Shown here: in pieces, positions 7,840 to 16,023 of the stretch | Layout of the letters: each line of letters starts with the position of its first letter | Position numbering within the stretch: position 1 is the first letter of the stretch | Origin: Myxococcota bacterium | GTDB taxonomy: Bacteria; Myxococcota_A; UBA796; GCA-2862545 | DNA: 16,979 bases | Direction of reading: 5' to 3' | Assembly (NCBI GenBank): GCA_039208735.1 | Contig: JBCCQY010000186.1 | Location: 1-16,979 of the forward strand | Notes under the pieces: generated by a model | Database searches by the model: none | Told to the model about the DNA's origin: nothing | The model's input: the letters and a program-made list of their open reading frames with translations, nothing else | Made by a program: the position numbers and the translations under genes

Positions 7840-8160
7840 TCAATCATTCCATCCTGCACGTTCGGCGTAGTACGCGATGCTCTCGAGCAAGGTCTGTCGC
7901 AAATCATCGGAATCGCGCCGGAAAAAGTCGTCAAACAGGCTTCCGCTCGACAGCACGACGGTGTAAACGCCGTTGTCTCCAAATTGGGGAGACCGCTCAC
8001 CGTCAAGCTTGATGACAACGACTCCTCCATCGTTCCGAATGGCCTCCAGAAGCGGCCACAGGGCGTCGAGACCCAGATTGCGTTCGGGATCGAGGTTTAG
8101 GTGCGCGGCAATGGCCAACACCTCTTCTTCAAGTTCGGACATCATCCACCTGGAACGCAT
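7840..8160 (-). CDS. Small hypothetical protein (about 100 aa)
   Basis: Protein-like composition (VVVIKLDGER..YTVVLS..FFRRD). The start may be ATG 8145 or 8142, after AGGTGG. It lies directly downstream of the STAND regulator on the same strand. Confidence 0.75.
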   Translation of the reverse strand: MRSRWMMSELEEEVLAIAAHLNLDPERNLGLDALWPLLEAIRNDGGVVVIKLDGERSPQFGDNGVYTVVLSSGSLFDDFFRRDSDDLRQTLLESIAYYAERAGWND

Positions 8161-8187
8161 GGCTCGGGTCAGGCCTTCGTTGGACCG

Positions 8188-10890
8188 TCAGCTCGACTCC
8201 CCGACATGGACCACCTGGATCCGTTCGGGAATGCGATAGCCCGCCTTCCCTCTCTCGATGGCATCGAGGCCAGCCCGACGGACCTTGGACAGCGCCGTCC
8301 ACAGTCGATTGCTCAGGGCCTCCGGCTGCGCACGATCGCCAGACCACGCTGCGTCGATGAGCGCTTGCTTTGAAACGAAGACCCCGGGATTGCGTTCGCG
8401 CGTCTGAACCAGCAACCGCAAGAGGCTCTGCGTCACCGGCCGACGCCGCAGATCGATGCGAGCCTCCCCGCCAAGGCGGGCCCACGCCAGGTGCGGACCG
8501 ACCACCAGCGTAGCGGTGCCGGGCAGCTGCGCCCGAAGCAGTCGAGCGGCAAGTCGTGCCATGGCGTAAGGCGGCAGGGTGGAGTCACGGCGAGCCTCGA
8601 ACGCAGCCAGCGTGCGCAACGCGGTCACCTCGGCGTTGGTGTCCCCAACCCCCACCTGGCACCCCTGTCGGAGCAACTGCAAGGTTCCTTCGTGGCGAAC
8701 CGTCTGCCATTGGTCGGCGAGTGCTTCCGCCTTTTCGAGATCATCGTGCCACGCCGATCGATCGCCAACCAGCACCCGAACCAGCGCTCGGAAAGCCAAA
8801 ATCACGGGCAAATCGGTGTTGACACCACCAAATCCCGCCAGCGCCTCCACCGCCTCGGTGAGATGGACCAACGCGGCCGTCGGTCGGTGCTTGAGGAGGG
8901 CCAACAGGCCGACGAGCCAAGCATGTTCACCGTGTTCGATGCCGACCTGCGTAGGCCCGAAGGGGGGCAGGGCTGCTTCGGCCTCTTCGTAGCGCTCCTC
9001 GACCAAGGCAATCCACGCCGCGAGCAAGGCCACCTGGCCCGCCAAACTACTCGCAGATCCTTTGGGCAATGCGACTTCGTCGCGACACCGGGCGGCCTGA
9101 ACGAGACAATCGTGGGCATCGTCGAGCTGGTCCCGCGCGATAGCGACGAACCCCAACATGCACCAGGTGTCGACCAAGAGGGTGTGGCTCGAGGAGGCTT
9201 CCTGAAGCCGGACCGCCTGTCGACCCGCAGCCCAGCTCGCCTCGAGATTCCCAAGTTCCCAGTCGGTGGTGCACAGGTTGATCAACCACGCGCTCTGGAG
9301 GTTGAGGAAATCAAGCTGACGGGCGTACCGAACCAACACCACGGTTTCGGCTCGCGCCTCTTTTGAGGGCTGCGTCCAGTTGGCGATGATCGCGGTTCCC
9401 TGTGCACAAAGGGCCCGAGTGGCCTCGCACCCCGATCGTTCCGCGAGGGTCGTCGCACGGGTGTAGTCCGGAATGGCCTCATCCATCCGGCCATCCTGCC
9501 GGAGCCAGCGCGCCCGATAGAACGCCAGCTGCGCAGCCAGCGCATGGTCTGCTTCGGCCAACGCCGTACGGCTCGCCTCGTCGATCGCCTCCAGCGAAGG
9601 CCCGGGCGTATCCGCGTATCGATGCGATAGTGCGGTGGTTGCCACCACCCGGGCCCGAGCCAATGACGCAGGTGATGTGAGCGTTTCGGCCAGCGCGAGA
9701 AGCTCGGCGGTTCGAGCCACAGGAGCCTCGCGACAGCGCAGTCCGACGATGGCGAGAGCCGCATCGACCCGATCCGAGGCTGGAAGCTGGGTTCGGCCAA
9801 CAATCGCGTCAAGATGAGGCACACACGCCTCGTGCTCATCGTTCACACGGTCGAGCAGATTCGCGAGAAGCCCGGAAGGATGGCAACTCGACCCGCAATA
9901 CTCGAGGTAATGGGACGCGTGCCGCCGAATCGTCCCCTCGCGCAGCTCCGGATCGAGGCGGCCTGCGGCGTAGGCGCGGACCAGCTTGACCAATCGCAGG
10001 CGTCGTACGCCCGATCCACCGGCCTGAATGTACAACAATCCAACTTCGATGAGGCGTTGAAGCGAATCGAGCACCGAGGTGTCGGTCGTTGTCTCAAGCA
10101 CTGCCTCGGCCGCCTCGACGGTAAACGAGCCCGGGAACACGGTGCATCGCGCCAGCACTCGCTGGTCGGACGGCGACAGCTGGGCCCAGCTCCCATCCAG
10201 CATCGCGATATCTAGGACCGACCAGCCTTTGTTCAAGCGTTGGCTCAGCTGCCCTGGTGATAGCGTGAGTAAACGAGACGCCGCGCGTTCGAGAGCGAGA
10301 GGAATTCCGTCGAGCTGGTCTGCAATGTCGACGAGCGCATCGTGCTCCGGGAAGGGATCGACGTGGGGGCAACGGTCTCGATAGCGTGCCACCAACAAGC
10401 GCAACGCGGCGTCAGGATCGAGCGGCGACACAGTGATGGCCTGCTCAGCAGCCATCCGAAGGGGACGCCGCGACGTCACCAAGAAGCGCAGCGTTTCCGC
10501 GCGCGAGCCCCATTCCGTTAGCCAGCCACACAGCTGTTCTTGCACGAACTCTGCGCCATCCAACAACACCACCGACGGACCGCTGGTCGACAGCACCGTC
10601 CCAAGTTGCTGCAGCCGGGCCTCCGCATCCTCCGACAAGTCCACAAAGTGGACGGCCCCCAATCCCATGGCCCAATGCAGGGCCAGCCGGGTCTTGCCAA
10701 TGCCCGCGATGCCCACAAGCGAAATCAACCGCCGCCCCGCGGCCCACGTGTCGGTCAGGATGCGCAGCTCGCGGTCTCTCCCCACAAACTCATCGTCGTG
10801 AAGCCAGGGGGGTGAGAGCCCAGGCAAGGGGCGGATCATCGGGTGATCGAACGGCACGTGGGGTGAACCTGGATTTCTTGACCATACCAA
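8188..10890 (-). CDS. STAND-type ATPase (COG3903/NB-ARC-like) with TPR region and C-terminal winged-helix DNA-binding domain; putative transcriptional regulator
   Basis: FVGRDREL, Walker A GIAGIGKT, Walker B VVLLDGAE, LVTSRRPL, LDGIPLALERAA, SWAQLS and FPGSFTVEAAEAV; then Ala/Leu-rich TPR-like helices; then C-terminal IDLRRR..LLRLL..VSKQALIDAAW..NRLWTALSKVRR..GYRI (OmpR-type wHTH). The real start may be GTG 10857 or ATG 10839. Confidence 0.88.
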   Translation of the reverse strand: MVWSRNPGSPHVPFDHPMIRPLPGLSPPWLHDDEFVGRDRELRILTDTWAAGRRLISLVGIAGIGKTRLALHWAMGLGAVHFVDLSEDAEARLQQLGTVLSTSGPSVVLLDGAEFVQEQLCGWLTEWGSRAETLRFLVTSRRPLRMAAEQAITVSPLDPDAALRLLVARYRDRCPHVDPFPEHDALVDIADQLDGIPLALERAASRLLTLSPGQLSQRLNKGWSVLDIAMLDGSWAQLSPSDQRVLARCTVFPGSFTVEAAEAVLETTTDTSVLDSLQRLIEVGLLYIQAGGSGVRRLRLVKLVRAYAAGRLDPELREGTIRRHASHYLEYCGSSCHPSGLLANLLDRVNDEHEACVPHLDAIVGRTQLPASDRVDAALAIVGLRCREAPVARTAELLALAETLTSPASLARARVVATTALSHRYADTPGPSLEAIDEASRTALAEADHALAAQLAFYRARWLRQDGRMDEAIPDYTRATTLAERSGCEATRALCAQGTAIIANWTQPSKEARAETVVLVRYARQLDFLNLQSAWLINLCTTDWELGNLEASWAAGRQAVRLQEASSSHTLLVDTWCMLGFVAIARDQLDDAHDCLVQAARCRDEVALPKGSASSLAGQVALLAAWIALVEERYEEAEAALPPFGPTQVGIEHGEHAWLVGLLALLKHRPTAALVHLTEAVEALAGFGGVNTDLPVILAFRALVRVLVGDRSAWHDDLEKAEALADQWQTVRHEGTLQLLRQGCQVGVGDTNAEVTALRTLAAFEARRDSTLPPYAMARLAARLLRAQLPGTATLVVGPHLAWARLGGEARIDLRRRPVTQSLLRLLVQTRERNPGVFVSKQALIDAAWSGDRAQPEALSNRLWTALSKVRRAGLDAIERGKAGYRIPERIQVVHVGESS

Positions 10891-10987
10891 ACTTACCTGA
10901 CGCAGCAGACACCTTACAAGTCGGAAAGTAGGTCGCTAGTCAGGGGTCGGGCTTCCATCCTGCGGACCGGCAACGGTGGGAGTAGTG

Positions 10988-12256
10988 ATGATGGCAGCCC
11001 TTTGGACGGTCCTGTTGGCGTGTAGCGGCGGGGACGACATGATGCCCGAAGATACGGACGAAGGCAGGACAACGGATTCGGCCGGCCCGGCCCCGCGCGA
11101 CCCCATCACAGGGGCCGAGGGGTATGTCGTGCTCGGTCAGGCCCAAAGCAGCGCCGCAACCCTAGGCTATGGCTACAGCGACTACAGCACCTATGCGTTT
11201 GGCGTCACTTTTCCGGATGGTGGGGGCTACATCAACCTCGCCCACTGCCTGCTCCTCGGCAGTGTTTGCACCGACACCTACCCCGCGTCCGGGGCCGTCT
11301 ACGACACTCCGTTCGACGGAACCCGGATCACAAGTCAGAACCTAGACCCTGGCTTGATCGTCGCCGCTGGCGTCGAGATTCCGTACGACAACCAACAAGG
11401 CATCAGCGTTGGCGACGGAATCGCGTCCGGAGCGGGCGACCTCTCGATCGACGGCGGCGACCTCGTTTCGTATATGGGCAGCGCGGTCTTTGAGGTGCTC
11501 GCCGGCGGCATTGATGGCGTCACTCCCGACCCGATGGTTCCCGTGGGGGTAAGCGAACTCGACACCCTCACGTTCGCTTGGAAGCCAGGCAGCTCGGGCA
11601 ACCTGTTCCTGAGCATCGGCGAGCGGATCTACGGACTCGACGACAGCACCGGAACCTTTGAACTTCCAGTGGCAGACGCCGGATTTCCTCCCGTTCCCAT
11701 CTCGAACAGCACGGTGTTTTTGTCCCGACTCACCAATACGACGGTCGACGCGGGAGGCAACACCTTCCACGTGGAATCTCGCGTCGATCAGCCTTTCGTC
11801 ATCGAGTACCGGGCCAGCGACCTCACCACACTCGTCGACGGCACCGGCATGGCGAATACCTGCACCTTGGCCCAGGGCCTCGACGCGCTTACGCCAGGCA
11901 ACTACGGCGGAACGCTCGCAGACTACGAGAACTCCCAGGATCTCGGCGATTACAATCCCATCACCGGCTATTCGAGCACGGGCCGTGACGGCTACGTTCG
12001 TATCGATCTTCAGGCTGGCCAAACCCTGGAAGTCGCCTATTCGCAGCCCGAGGGCGACCCGGTCGCCTACCTGCTCGACAGCGCGTGCGACGAGGTTGTG
12101 GCGGGTGCGGACGACACCATCGTCGGGGGATTTGAGACCTTCACCTACGCGGCCACCGCCGACGGACCCGTGTACCTCACGCTCGATGGCTGGGATGGCT
12201 ACATGAACTACCCCGGCGAAGAGTTTGGCTTCTCCTTCACGGTGACTGGCCCCTGA
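10988..12256 (+). CDS. Acidic lipoprotein with C-terminal PPC-like (pre-peptidase C-terminal) beta-sandwich domain
   Basis: MMAALWTVLLA|C lipobox. C-terminal GRDGYVRIDLQAGQTLEV..DPVAYLLDSAC..VAGADD..ETFTYAATADGPVYLTLDG matches the PPC pattern common in myxobacteria. Confidence 0.8.
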   Translation: MMAALWTVLLACSGGDDMMPEDTDEGRTTDSAGPAPRDPITGAEGYVVLGQAQSSAATLGYGYSDYSTYAFGVTFPDGGGYINLAHCLLLGSVCTDTYPASGAVYDTPFDGTRITSQNLDPGLIVAAGVEIPYDNQQGISVGDGIASGAGDLSIDGGDLVSYMGSAVFEVLAGGIDGVTPDPMVPVGVSELDTLTFAWKPGSSGNLFLSIGERIYGLDDSTGTFELPVADAGFPPVPISNSTVFLSRLTNTTVDAGGNTFHVESRVDQPFVIEYRASDLTTLVDGTGMANTCTLAQGLDALTPGNYGGTLADYENSQDLGDYNPITGYSSTGRDGYVRIDLQAGQTLEVAYSQPEGDPVAYLLDSACDEVVAGADDTIVGGFETFTYAATADGPVYLTLDGWDGYMNYPGEEFGFSFTVTGP

Positions 12257-12284
12257 AAAACGCCAGGCTCCTCAACAAGCCTGG
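12256..12284 (-). terminator. Possible intrinsic terminator between convergent genes
   Basis: 7-bp stem CCAGGCT (12263-12269) / AGCCTGG (12278-12284), followed on the minus strand by CGTTTTT. Confidence 0.45.
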
Positions 12285-13288
12285 AGTGCAGGAAGCAGGA
12301 CCAAGATGAGCAGTGCAGCGATCGAGAGGTACTTGAACGTCGCTTCAAACCGCTCGGCCTGCTTTCCGGCATGCCCGATGCGAATGTGAGATGCAGGAAC
12401 GAGCCTGGGAAGCAACTGACCTAGCGGCGCCGGCCCGGCCGAGACGATGACGAAGAAGGTCATGCCTGCGAGCAGCAACGCCACAGGCCCGGGGCTCGTC
12501 GCCAGGAACGCACCGAGGACTGCATAGGCGGTTCCAATGCCGACTGACACACTTGCGACATAGGCCACCGATCCCACGAACCACGCGTTTTCAAAGATCT
12601 GAAGCGGTCGGGCCACGCCGCCAATCTGAAGTGCCTCCAAGCTGGGCCGGAGCTTTTCAAAGGTGGTGCGGACCCATTTCCGATCTGGGCTGATCACCGC
12701 AAGCCGTATTGAAGCGGGGTCATGACCATTCGTCAGGTGGGGCCCGGTCGTGAATTCCATCCGAACTTCGGCAGAGTCACCAGGCGGCAGGCGCAACGGC
12801 GAAGTCCAGGAGACCGTCAGTCGATGAGGATTTCGATCGGTTCCTCCTTCACCGAGGAGGTCGGCCAAACGGGTAAAGACCTGGGTTTGGTAGTTGATGT
12901 AGCGAGCCTCCGCGACGAATCGGATGACATCGTTGGTCGGCGAACTCCGCACCACGTCGGCATGGCCAAACAAGTGCGCCCGAATTGCACGGTCCACCCG
13001 ATTGAGGTCCGGCTCTTCAACCCGAAACGCCCTTGGAAAGGTCTGCGAGATACGGCTCCGAGTGTCTTCCCGGTCCCGACCCAGCAGACTCACCAGGAAG
13101 GCCAGCGTCGTTGGGTGATCGTAGAGCGACTGACGTTGGACGTTGAACTTGGCCTTTAGGTCCTGGGTCAGTTCACGAAACCGCCCCGTTTCGGGCGCCC
13201 CATCCGATGACGGTGGTTTACGCGGAGTCACCAATGGAGGTTTTGGCTTTTCGGGAACCGGCTTGGATGGCGGCTTCTCGATCGGCAT
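12272..13288 (-). CDS. Hypothetical membrane protein (soluble N-terminal domain, about 3 C-terminal transmembrane helices)
   Basis: Long ORF with hydrophobic segments WFVGSVAYVASVSVGIGTAYAVLGAFLA, VALLLAGMTFFVIVSAG and YLSIAALLILVLL. The start is ATG 13288 or a codon near 13360-13366. The track's 13474 start overlaps the operator and is unlikely. Confidence 0.7.
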   Translation of the reverse strand: MPIEKPPSKPVPEKPKPPLVTPRKPPSSDGAPETGRFRELTQDLKAKFNVQRQSLYDHPTTLAFLVSLLGRDREDTRSRISQTFPRAFRVEEPDLNRVDRAIRAHLFGHADVVRSSPTNDVIRFVAEARYINYQTQVFTRLADLLGEGGTDRNPHRLTVSWTSPLRLPPGDSAEVRMEFTTGPHLTNGHDPASIRLAVISPDRKWVRTTFEKLRPSLEALQIGGVARPLQIFENAWFVGSVAYVASVSVGIGTAYAVLGAFLATSPGPVALLLAGMTFFVIVSAGPAPLGQLLPRLVPASHIRIGHAGKQAERFEATFKYLSIAALLILVLLPALQAC

Positions 13289-13404
13289 CGCCTTAGAACT
13301 TGAAAGTGCGGACCGAAGCCGAAGGATAAGCGACTTAAATCGTCCCAGTTGGTCGCTGATAGCCACCTCCGCCGGCAAGTAATGCACGCGCGCGGCATTG
13401 ACCG

Positions 13405-13441
13405 ATTGGGGATTCCGATGAGTGCCATCGGCAAAGATGAA
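13405..13441 (-). promoter_or_regulatory. nod-box-like LysR operator facing the membrane-protein gene
   Basis: Minus strand reads TTC-ATCTTTGCC-GAT-GGCACTC-ATC-GGAATCCCC-AAT, that is (A/T)TC-N9-GAT-N7-ATC-N9-AAT. Confidence 0.7.
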
Positions 13442-13485
13442 CCACGCACGGTCGGGCCACCGCGATCCATCCATTACGCTGCGGA

Positions 13486-14436
13486 ATGTCCGAGCTGCAC
13501 CAACTACGAAAGGTGAATCTAAATCTGCTGCCCGTGCTGCGCGAACTGTTGCGATACGCGAGCGTGACCCAAGCCGCGAAGGCCTTGAACCTGTCGCAGT
13601 CGTCGGTGAGTGGCTCGTTGCGTTCGCTACGGGAGCATTTCGACGATGAGCTGCTTGCCACGGCCGGTCGCCAGACCGTGCTCACGGCCCTCGCCCGCCA
13701 GCTGGTCCAACCCGTAGATGAGGCACTCAACGCAGTCCAGAGTGCACTCCTCCACCGCCCGTTCGATCCCCACCACGCGAACGTCCGGTTTGTCATCGCC
13801 ACTGCCGATTACGCGGGGATCATTCTCGCTCCCGGCTTTGCACATCGGTTCGAAGGCCAATATCCAGGTCTTTCCGTTCAGATTACCCAGGGATCGTTGG
13901 GGTCATTTGCAGACCTCGAAGCGGGTTCGATCGACTTGCTCCTTTCCGAAGAGGAAGTCACCGATCGCGCATTGCGTGAACTCGACAAGGACCCTTCGTT
14001 GTTCGCAAGGCAACGCTTGTGGGTCGACGAGATCGTGGGCATCGCGAGTGTCGACATCGAGCCGCCATCGTCCATAGAGGACTATCTGGAACGTCCCCAC
14101 GCCGTCTTTCAGATCGCACCAGGGTTCGATGATCGGATCGAGTCTCCTGTGCTGCAACAGTTCGACCGTCCCAAACACGACCGCGTCATCGTTCCGGACT
14201 TCCATTTGCTCCCCATCACCGTTGCACGGAGCCGATGCATCGCTGTCGTGCCCGAGAGCTTGGCCCGATGCTACGCCAGCGTCCTACCGCTGACGCTCTT
14301 CGAGGTGCCTTACACGCTGCCCACGGTGTGCATGGAACTGATTTGGATGGCCCGGGACACCAAGGCGCCCCAGCATCGGTGGCTCCGCGACACGATCAGC
14401 GCCATCGTGGGCGAGACCGACTTCCTCCAGGACTGA
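13486..14436 (+). CDS. LysR-family transcriptional regulator (NodD/SyrM/NahR-like subgroup)
   Basis: LRKVNLNLLPVLRELLRYASVTQAAKALNLSQSSVSGSLRSLREHFDDELL..PFDP..RFVIATADY and C-terminal LIW..PQHRWLRD. Confidence 0.95.
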   Translation: MSELHQLRKVNLNLLPVLRELLRYASVTQAAKALNLSQSSVSGSLRSLREHFDDELLATAGRQTVLTALARQLVQPVDEALNAVQSALLHRPFDPHHANVRFVIATADYAGIILAPGFAHRFEGQYPGLSVQITQGSLGSFADLEAGSIDLLLSEEEVTDRALRELDKDPSLFARQRLWVDEIVGIASVDIEPPSSIEDYLERPHAVFQIAPGFDDRIESPVLQQFDRPKHDRVIVPDFHLLPITVARSRCIAVVPESLARCYASVLPLTLFEVPYTLPTVCMELIWMARDTKAPQHRWLRDTISAIVGETDFLQD

Positions 14437-14485
14437 TCTCGGCCCACCATTCTGGCAATGCCCTGTCCAGCGGGGTTCCCGAGCG

Positions 14486-14522
14486 TTCGATCTTTCCGAT
14501 GCCTGACTTCGGATGTTTCAAC
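14486..14522 (+). promoter_or_regulatory. nod-box-like LysR operator upstream of the DUF1269 gene
   Basis: TTC-GATCTTTCC-GAT-GCCTGAC-TTC-GGATGTTTC-AAC, with two T-N11-A motifs 22 bp apart and a -10-like TAGGCT at 14546-14551. Confidence 0.65.
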
Positions 14523-14578
14523 GACGTCGTTCCCGGTTCATCACCTAGGCTCCCTGCGCCCAGTCCAGGAGGAAAGGG

Positions 14579-15067
14579 ATGGCCAGTGTGACGGTTTGGA
14601 AGTTTTCTACGCCCGAGGGGGCTGAGGGAGCCCTCGGGACCCTCAAGGGACTCGAGAAAGAGCACCTCGTCGAAGTCTTGGATGCTGCGGTGGTGAGTTG
14701 GCCCGAAGGCCGAAAGAAGCCCAAAACCAAGCAAGCCCTAGACTTGGTCGCCGCGGGCGCGTTCGACGGGGCGTTCTGGGGAATGCTCTTCGGCATCATC
14801 TTTTTTGCTCCCCTGTTCGGCGCCGCGGTCGGAGCCGCGCTAGGCGCGCTGTCGGGAAGCTTCGCGGACTTTGGCATCAACGACACGTTCATCGCGAAGA
14901 TCCGGGAGGAGGTCACCGAAGGCACCTCAGCATTGTTCGTCATGACCCGCGCCGAAACCCCCGCCCGCATCGCCCAGGCCCTTCAGGGTACCAACATCGA
15001 GTTGATCACCTCGAACCTAGGCCCTGAGCAGGAAGCGGAACTCCGTCGGGTGTTCATGACCCAATAG
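14579..15067 (+). CDS. DUF1269-family membrane protein
   Basis: VLDAAVVSWPEGRKKPKTKQ..GAFWGMLFGIIFFAPLFGAAVGAALGALSG..DFGINDTFI..GTSALFV..LITSNL..QEAELR. SD AGGAGG upstream. Confidence 0.92.
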   Translation: MASVTVWKFSTPEGAEGALGTLKGLEKEHLVEVLDAAVVSWPEGRKKPKTKQALDLVAAGAFDGAFWGMLFGIIFFAPLFGAAVGAALGALSGSFADFGINDTFIAKIREEVTEGTSALFVMTRAETPARIAQALQGTNIELITSNLGPEQEAELRRVFMTQ

Positions 15068-15141
15068 GCTGATGGGGCCCGTGGAGTGCACCCCGCGGCG
15101 AAGCCCTCTGGGCCATGCAACAGGACCCGTTTCTCTAGCGG

Positions 15142-15717
15142 TCAGTCGACCGACGCCGGGAGATCAAAGTCCGCAAACAACATGGTGTTCTCGTCGAAGG
15201 TAAGCCCCAGCTCGAGGTGGACGGTGTCACCGCCCTCGTCGACGAAGGTCGCCTGGGCCTGCCGCGGATAATCGCACGTTTCGATCGAGAACCGGTCCGG
15301 TCCCACGCACGCGAAGATATCGTCAGCGGTGTAGGTGCTCTCGCCGGTCTGTGGATCGACGAAGAAGGTTGCGGTGACCGTGATCAGGCGTTGGGGAGCC
15401 GCCCTTCCGACCAGCGTGGCGTTGGTCCAGGCGCGACCATCCGCGAAGGCCTCGCTAAGCGTTCCCTGAACATCTTCGAGCTGGACGAAGCCCACAGAGG
15501 GCAAGGTTCCGGTCAGCGTCCCAGAGACCCTGATCTCCCGATAACCATCCACGTTGGGGGTGCCGCCGTCGCTCGGGGTATCGACTGCATCAGTCCAGTC
15601 CAAGTCCGGTAGGTCCACGGCGACGAGGGGAGGAGGTTCTTCCGAGCCCGGAAATGGCACCGTGACGAGCGAGCATGCAGGAAGGGCGAGCACGATGAGA
15701 AGCGAAGCGGTCCGCAT
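15142..15717 (-). CDS. Hypothetical lipoprotein
   Basis: SD GGAG, MRTASLLIVLALPA|C lipobox, acidic beta-rich mature domain. Confidence 0.78.
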   Translation of the reverse strand: MRTASLLIVLALPACSLVTVPFPGSEEPPPLVAVDLPDLDWTDAVDTPSDGGTPNVDGYREIRVSGTLTGTLPSVGFVQLEDVQGTLSEAFADGRAWTNATLVGRAAPQRLITVTATFFVDPQTGESTYTADDIFACVGPDRFSIETCDYPRQAQATFVDEGGDTVHLELGLTFDENTMLFADFDLPASVD

Positions 15718-16023
15718 GAGTGACTCCATGGATGGTTCCACCTTGAGGAGTGTGGCCGCGAACCCGTTCCAGATCGGTTGCCCATCCAGGTTTCGTTAAC
15801 GCTCAGAATACAGTCCGCGTGGGACGCCAGGCTCGATGGCCGCCCCTGGAAGATTCCAAATTGTGTGTGGATGTGCGCCGCAGAGTCATGACGGTCAAGC
15901 ACAAACCTTAGAAATCAACCATCGACGGCCTGGATCATCCCTCATGCACATCGCGGCGTGGTGGCACGGCCCAAACGGCGAGCTAGCACAGCGTTGCGCG
16001 GTCGACGCGTGAGGGGAGGTTCC

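Noticed and set aside
15741..15751. ACTCCTCAAGG (minus strand) upstream of the 15717 lipoprotein as a third regulon member
   Set aside because: Single unit, 23 nt rather than 43 nt from the ATG.
15962..15997. Sigma-54 promoter upstream of the serine hydrolase (TGGCACG; TAGCACAGCGTTGC)
   Set aside because: The first lacks TTGC. The second lacks the GG and is one base short in spacing.
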